Translations under genes and position numbers: made by a program
Notes under the pieces: model-generated
The model's input: the letters and a program-made list of their open reading frames with translations, nothing else
The model's database searches: none
What the model was told of the DNA's origin: nothing
Source of the DNA: the human T2T-CHM13v2.0 reference genome, Homo sapiens
DNA: 64,000 nt
Assembly (NCBI RefSeq): GCF_009914755.1
Contig: NC_060938.1
Strand: one strand, 5' to 3'
Shown: piece after piece, positions 59,801 to 64,000 of the stretch
Layout of the letters: the number at the start of each line of letters is the position of its first letter
How positions within the stretch are numbered: the first letter of the stretch is position 1

Positions 59801-60235
59801 AATAAAATTCTACTCCTCAAAGGAGCTCATGATCTGGTTATGAATATATAAGTATAAACACATACTGGGAATAATGTTTAGGTGAACTCATTGAGACACA
59901 AGTTCAATGCAGACTAAGATAAGAGAGAAGGAGAAAATAAATTTTGTTTATTTTGCATCAAGAGATTCGACTTTACTGAAAAATCAGGTGATTGGCTCTT
60001 CCACATGAACCATGAATTCTCATGACTATGAGAAAATATCAGAAGTCTACTGACAAAGGCAAAGTGAACACACACCACTTTAATGGAACTCTGGACAGCA
60101 CCATGCCTAGATGAATGATCCTGGGCAGTGATGAAAGCTAAATGCAATATTTAAGGAATTGATTATGCAGTGATTCTGCATTTAAATATTTGACTTAATT
60201 TCAAAAATTTTTATGCACCTATCATTTTTACATTA

Positions 60236-60870
60236 CATTACTTCCTCAGTATCCATGGGGACTGATTCCAAGATACCCCCAGATACCAAAATCCACAGAT
60301 TGGATAACTCTGTTATATAAACAAGTCTCATATTTACATATAACTTATGCACATACTCCTGTATACAGTCATGAGCTCCATAATAACATTTCAGTCAATG
60401 ATGAAACATGTATATCACAGTAGTCCCATAAGATGATGATGAAACATACACGGAAACCTGATATTGGCATTGCAGATGAAGTGCAGAAAGTGATATTCAA
60501 TAATGGCTCTGAGCCATCTGGTTACCCATATACCAAAAACATATAAATAAAAATATACATACCATGTAGGTTTTTGTAACACTATGATGTTCACAAAACA
60601 ATGAAATTACCTAAGGTTGCATTTCTCAGAAAGTAATCCCATCAGTAAGCCATGCACGACTGAACTTAAAATCTTTAGATTACATATAATACTGAAGACA
60701 ATATAATGCTACATAAATAGCTGTTATACTGTACCGTTTAGGAAATAATGACAAGAAAAATTTCTGTAGATGCTCTGCACAGAGACAACCATCTATTTTT
60801 GTGGGAATATTTTCAATCTGAAGTTGGCTGAATCTGCAGATGCAAAACCCATGGAAACAAAAGGGTGAGT
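60236..60870. mobile_element. MER2 with nested Tigger3a-like element (about 60366-60662)
   Basis: Same arrangement as 44444-47515 but without MER11 or MER4A. Confidence 0.7.
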
Positions 60871-62458
60871 ATACTTAATTAAAATCATATACACTGGCAT
60901 TTCAAAATTTCCTTTCTACGGGACAAAAAATTTCTGTATCCACCCAGGGTGAACACAGCCACTTCACAAACAGGTGTAAATAAGGAGGTCCAGTAAGGAC
61001 AGAAAAGTTACATGACCATATTGGCATTTTAACAGCCATCCCTGAGAAAGAGAATGGGAAAGGGCTTAAGGGAAAGCCAGAAGGGAGTAAAGAGGAAGAC
61101 AGACGACCACCTACATCAGTACATGAGGACACGGAGTGTAAGAATACACAATAGGGAAGCAGTTCTTAAAAGGAAAAAAATGTAGAAACAGGATTTGGTA
61201 CCAATTTACTGTGCAGTGGGTAAAAACGGGAGTTTTGTTTCCAAGTTATCTGCCCTGATCCAGCTAGTTTGGTACTGGTGCTGTGAAGTGAAATTTGCAA
61301 AAAAATTAAAAGAATATGATAACCAGAAGTGACACAGACCTGGACATCTCATGTGTGAAACATCTGACGTTCCATATGTGGGAATGTTCAACTGGCAATT
61401 GGGAATATAGCTCCAGTGGTTCAGAAGAGAGATCAAACTAAAGATAAAGATTTGGAAATTACCAGAATTTCAATGCTACCTGAATCCATCAGACCAAATG
61501 AAAATAAGAGAAGGAAAGAATAAAAGAAACAAGTACAGAATCTACAGAAACACTAACATTTACACTGGAAGAGAAATAGACTGTGAAGACCAAGAAGGAA
61601 CTTTCTGAGTTTATTCCACGAATAAAGAAAAGTTCAATATTCAGAAGTCTAATATAATTCATCTTGATCATATTCCTGTGGAAAAAAATCCTTTAACTGT
61701 GCACATAGGCATTGAGAAGATAGTTTTAGAAACATATTCCAGGTTCCTATTTCTGCATGTAAGAAGCTTGGAAGTAATCAATAATTACTTTACAATAATT
61801 AATTTTTATAACAAGCTTAACAACAAATTAATATGACACAATTAATCTTAACAACAAATAAAAAGCTGAAGAGACTAAAAAATCAACAATTCTTTCTAGA
61901 TTTGAAACTTAGGGGAGGACACAGGGCAAACCACTGCCCCTAGGATTGCAGAGACAAAGAAGTGAATATAGGACTTAATGGCTTAAAGGAACATGGACTC
62001 ACTACTGAAACCAACCTTGGAACCAGTGCTGGAGTAGAAAATCTCAAACCGTAACTGGTGAACGGCTGGAGGATCCGCGTGGACAACTCTAAGTGGTAAA
62101 AACTACAAGAGATAGAGTTACTGTTGGGGAGGGGGGACAATACTGTAAAATTGTCTCATGGAGCTTCACCAGGCTCCTGTGACAAATACCTGAGGAAACT
62201 CCACTCCTGCTTCAGTCTTTCAGAAGGAAAAAGGAAAACCAGTTTGAAATATGCCAGAGCACCAAGTTCTTAACAAGGCTTGTCCACAGGAGAAACTACT
62301 TAACTTCAGCCTAATCTGCTCTAGTATAATCAGAGACTAAATAACATAGGGGAAGGAAATTATCCCTTCCACTGTAGCCCATTCTAGTCATGTTCCACCT
62401 AAGGTGGAAAATTAATTAAACAGAGGAACACTTCTGAGGTTCACAGTATAAACCCAAT

Positions 62459-64000
62459 CATAGCATTCCAGAACACGGCTGCTGGGGCCTGCGTGTTTGT
62501 CCCTCACATATGGTACCAAAACGCTGCTCCTGAGGTCTGAATGTTTCTCCCTCACATAAGATTCCAGAACACTGCTATGAAGGTCTGAATGTTTGTCCCT
62601 TACAAAGGATTCCATAACATTGATGCTGGGGTCTGAATGTTTATCCTTAACCTAGGATTTCAGAACACTGCTCCTGGGGTCTGAATGTTTGTCCCTCACA
62701 CAGGATTCCAGAACACTGATGCTGGGGTCTGAATGTCTGTCCCTCACATAGAATACCAGAACACTGATAAGAGGGTCAGAATGTTTGTCCCTCACATAAG
62801 ATTCCATAACACTGCTGCTGGGGTCTGAAAGTTTGTCCCTCACATAGGATTCCAGATCACTGCTACGAGGTTCTGAATATTTGTCCGTTACATAGGACTC
62901 CAGAACACTGCTGTCGTGATCTGAATGTTTGTCCCCCACATAGGATTCCAGAACACTGCTGCTGGGGTCTGAATGTTTGTCCCTCACATAGATCTCCAGA
63001 ACAGTGCTGCGAGGGTCTGAATGTTTCTCCCTCACATAGGATTCCAGAACATTGCTGCGAGGGTCTAAAAGTCTGTCCCTCACATAGGATTCCAGAACAT
63101 TGCTGCGAGGGTCTAAAAGTCTGTCCCTCACATAGGATTCCAGAACACTGCTACGAGGTTATGAATGTTTGTCCGTTACATAGGATTCTAGAACACTGCT
63201 GCCATGGTCTGAATGTTTGTCCCTCACATAGGATTCCAGAACACTGCTGCTGGGGTCTGAATGTTTGCCCTCACATAAGATTCCAGAACACTGCTCCCGG
63301 GGTCTGAGTGTTAGTCCCTCACACAGGATTGCAGAACACTAATGCAATGATCTGAATGTTTCTCCCTCACGTAGGATTTCAGAACACTGCTGCTGGGGTC
63401 TGAATGTTTGTCCCTCACATAGCATTTCAAAATACTGCTGCTGGGTTATGAATGTTTTTCCCTCACTTAGAATTCCAGAACACTAACGCAATGATCTGGA
63501 TGATTGTCCCTCACGTAGGATTCCAGAACACTGCTGCTGGGGTCTGAATGTTTGTCCCTCACACAAGATTCCAGAACACTGCTATGAGGGTCTGATTATT
63601 TGTCCCTCACATAGGATTCCAGAACCCTCCTGATGTGGTCTGAATGCGTGTCCCTCACATAAGACTCCAGAACACTGCTATGAGGGTCTGAATGTCCGTC
63701 ATATAGGACTCCAGAACATGGCTGCTGTGGTCTGAAAGTTTTTCCCTCACATAGGATTCCAGAACACTAATGCAATGATCTGAATGTTTGTCCCTCACAT
63801 AGGATTCCAGAACACTGATTCCAGGGTCTGAATGTTTGTACCTCACATAGGATTCCAGAACACTGCTGCTGGGGTCTGGGTGTTTGTCCCACACATAGGA
63901 TTCCAGAACACTGCTGGGAATGTCTGAATGTTTTTCCATCACATGGGATCCCAGAACACTGCTATTGGCTTCTGAATGTTTGTCCCCCACACAGGATTCC
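62459..64000. repeat. CER (D22Z3-type) 48-bp satellite, continues past the window end
   Basis: Unit ggattccagaacactgctgctggggtctgaatgtttgtccctcacata, about 32 diverged copies. Confidence 0.92.

Noticed and set aside
62412-63990. Repetitive ORFs of 67-159 aa
   Set aside because: Open frames of the 48-bp satellite

Overview
Primate (catarrhine, probably human or great-ape) repeat-dense DNA at the edge of a 48-bp CER satellite array, consistent with a pericentromeric duplicated region. Gene content is on the minus strand. There is an unprocessed ZNF717-like KRAB zinc-finger pseudogene (KRAB-A, KRAB-B and finger exons, 54.5-59.3 kb; nonsense codon and several frameshifts). There is also the 5' end of a second KRAB-ZNF gene, missed by the ORF track (CpG-island promoter at about 6.6-7.35 kb and a 59-bp ATG exon at about 3.0 kb), which runs off the left edge. 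Directly upstream of that promoter lies a deleted ERV3/HERV-R-like provirus with a strong G-to-A hypermutation signature. The rest is Alus, old L1, MaLR and MER4-group LTRs, three solo LTR13 copies, one MER11, DNA transposons, several minisatellites, a long GAA-type tract and an old internal duplication (44.2-49.8 kb versus 60.0-62.45 kb). I see no intact long CDS and no convincing new biological system; the best leads are listed as findings. Repeat family and gene names come from recalled sequences, not database searches, and many repeat boundaries are approximate.
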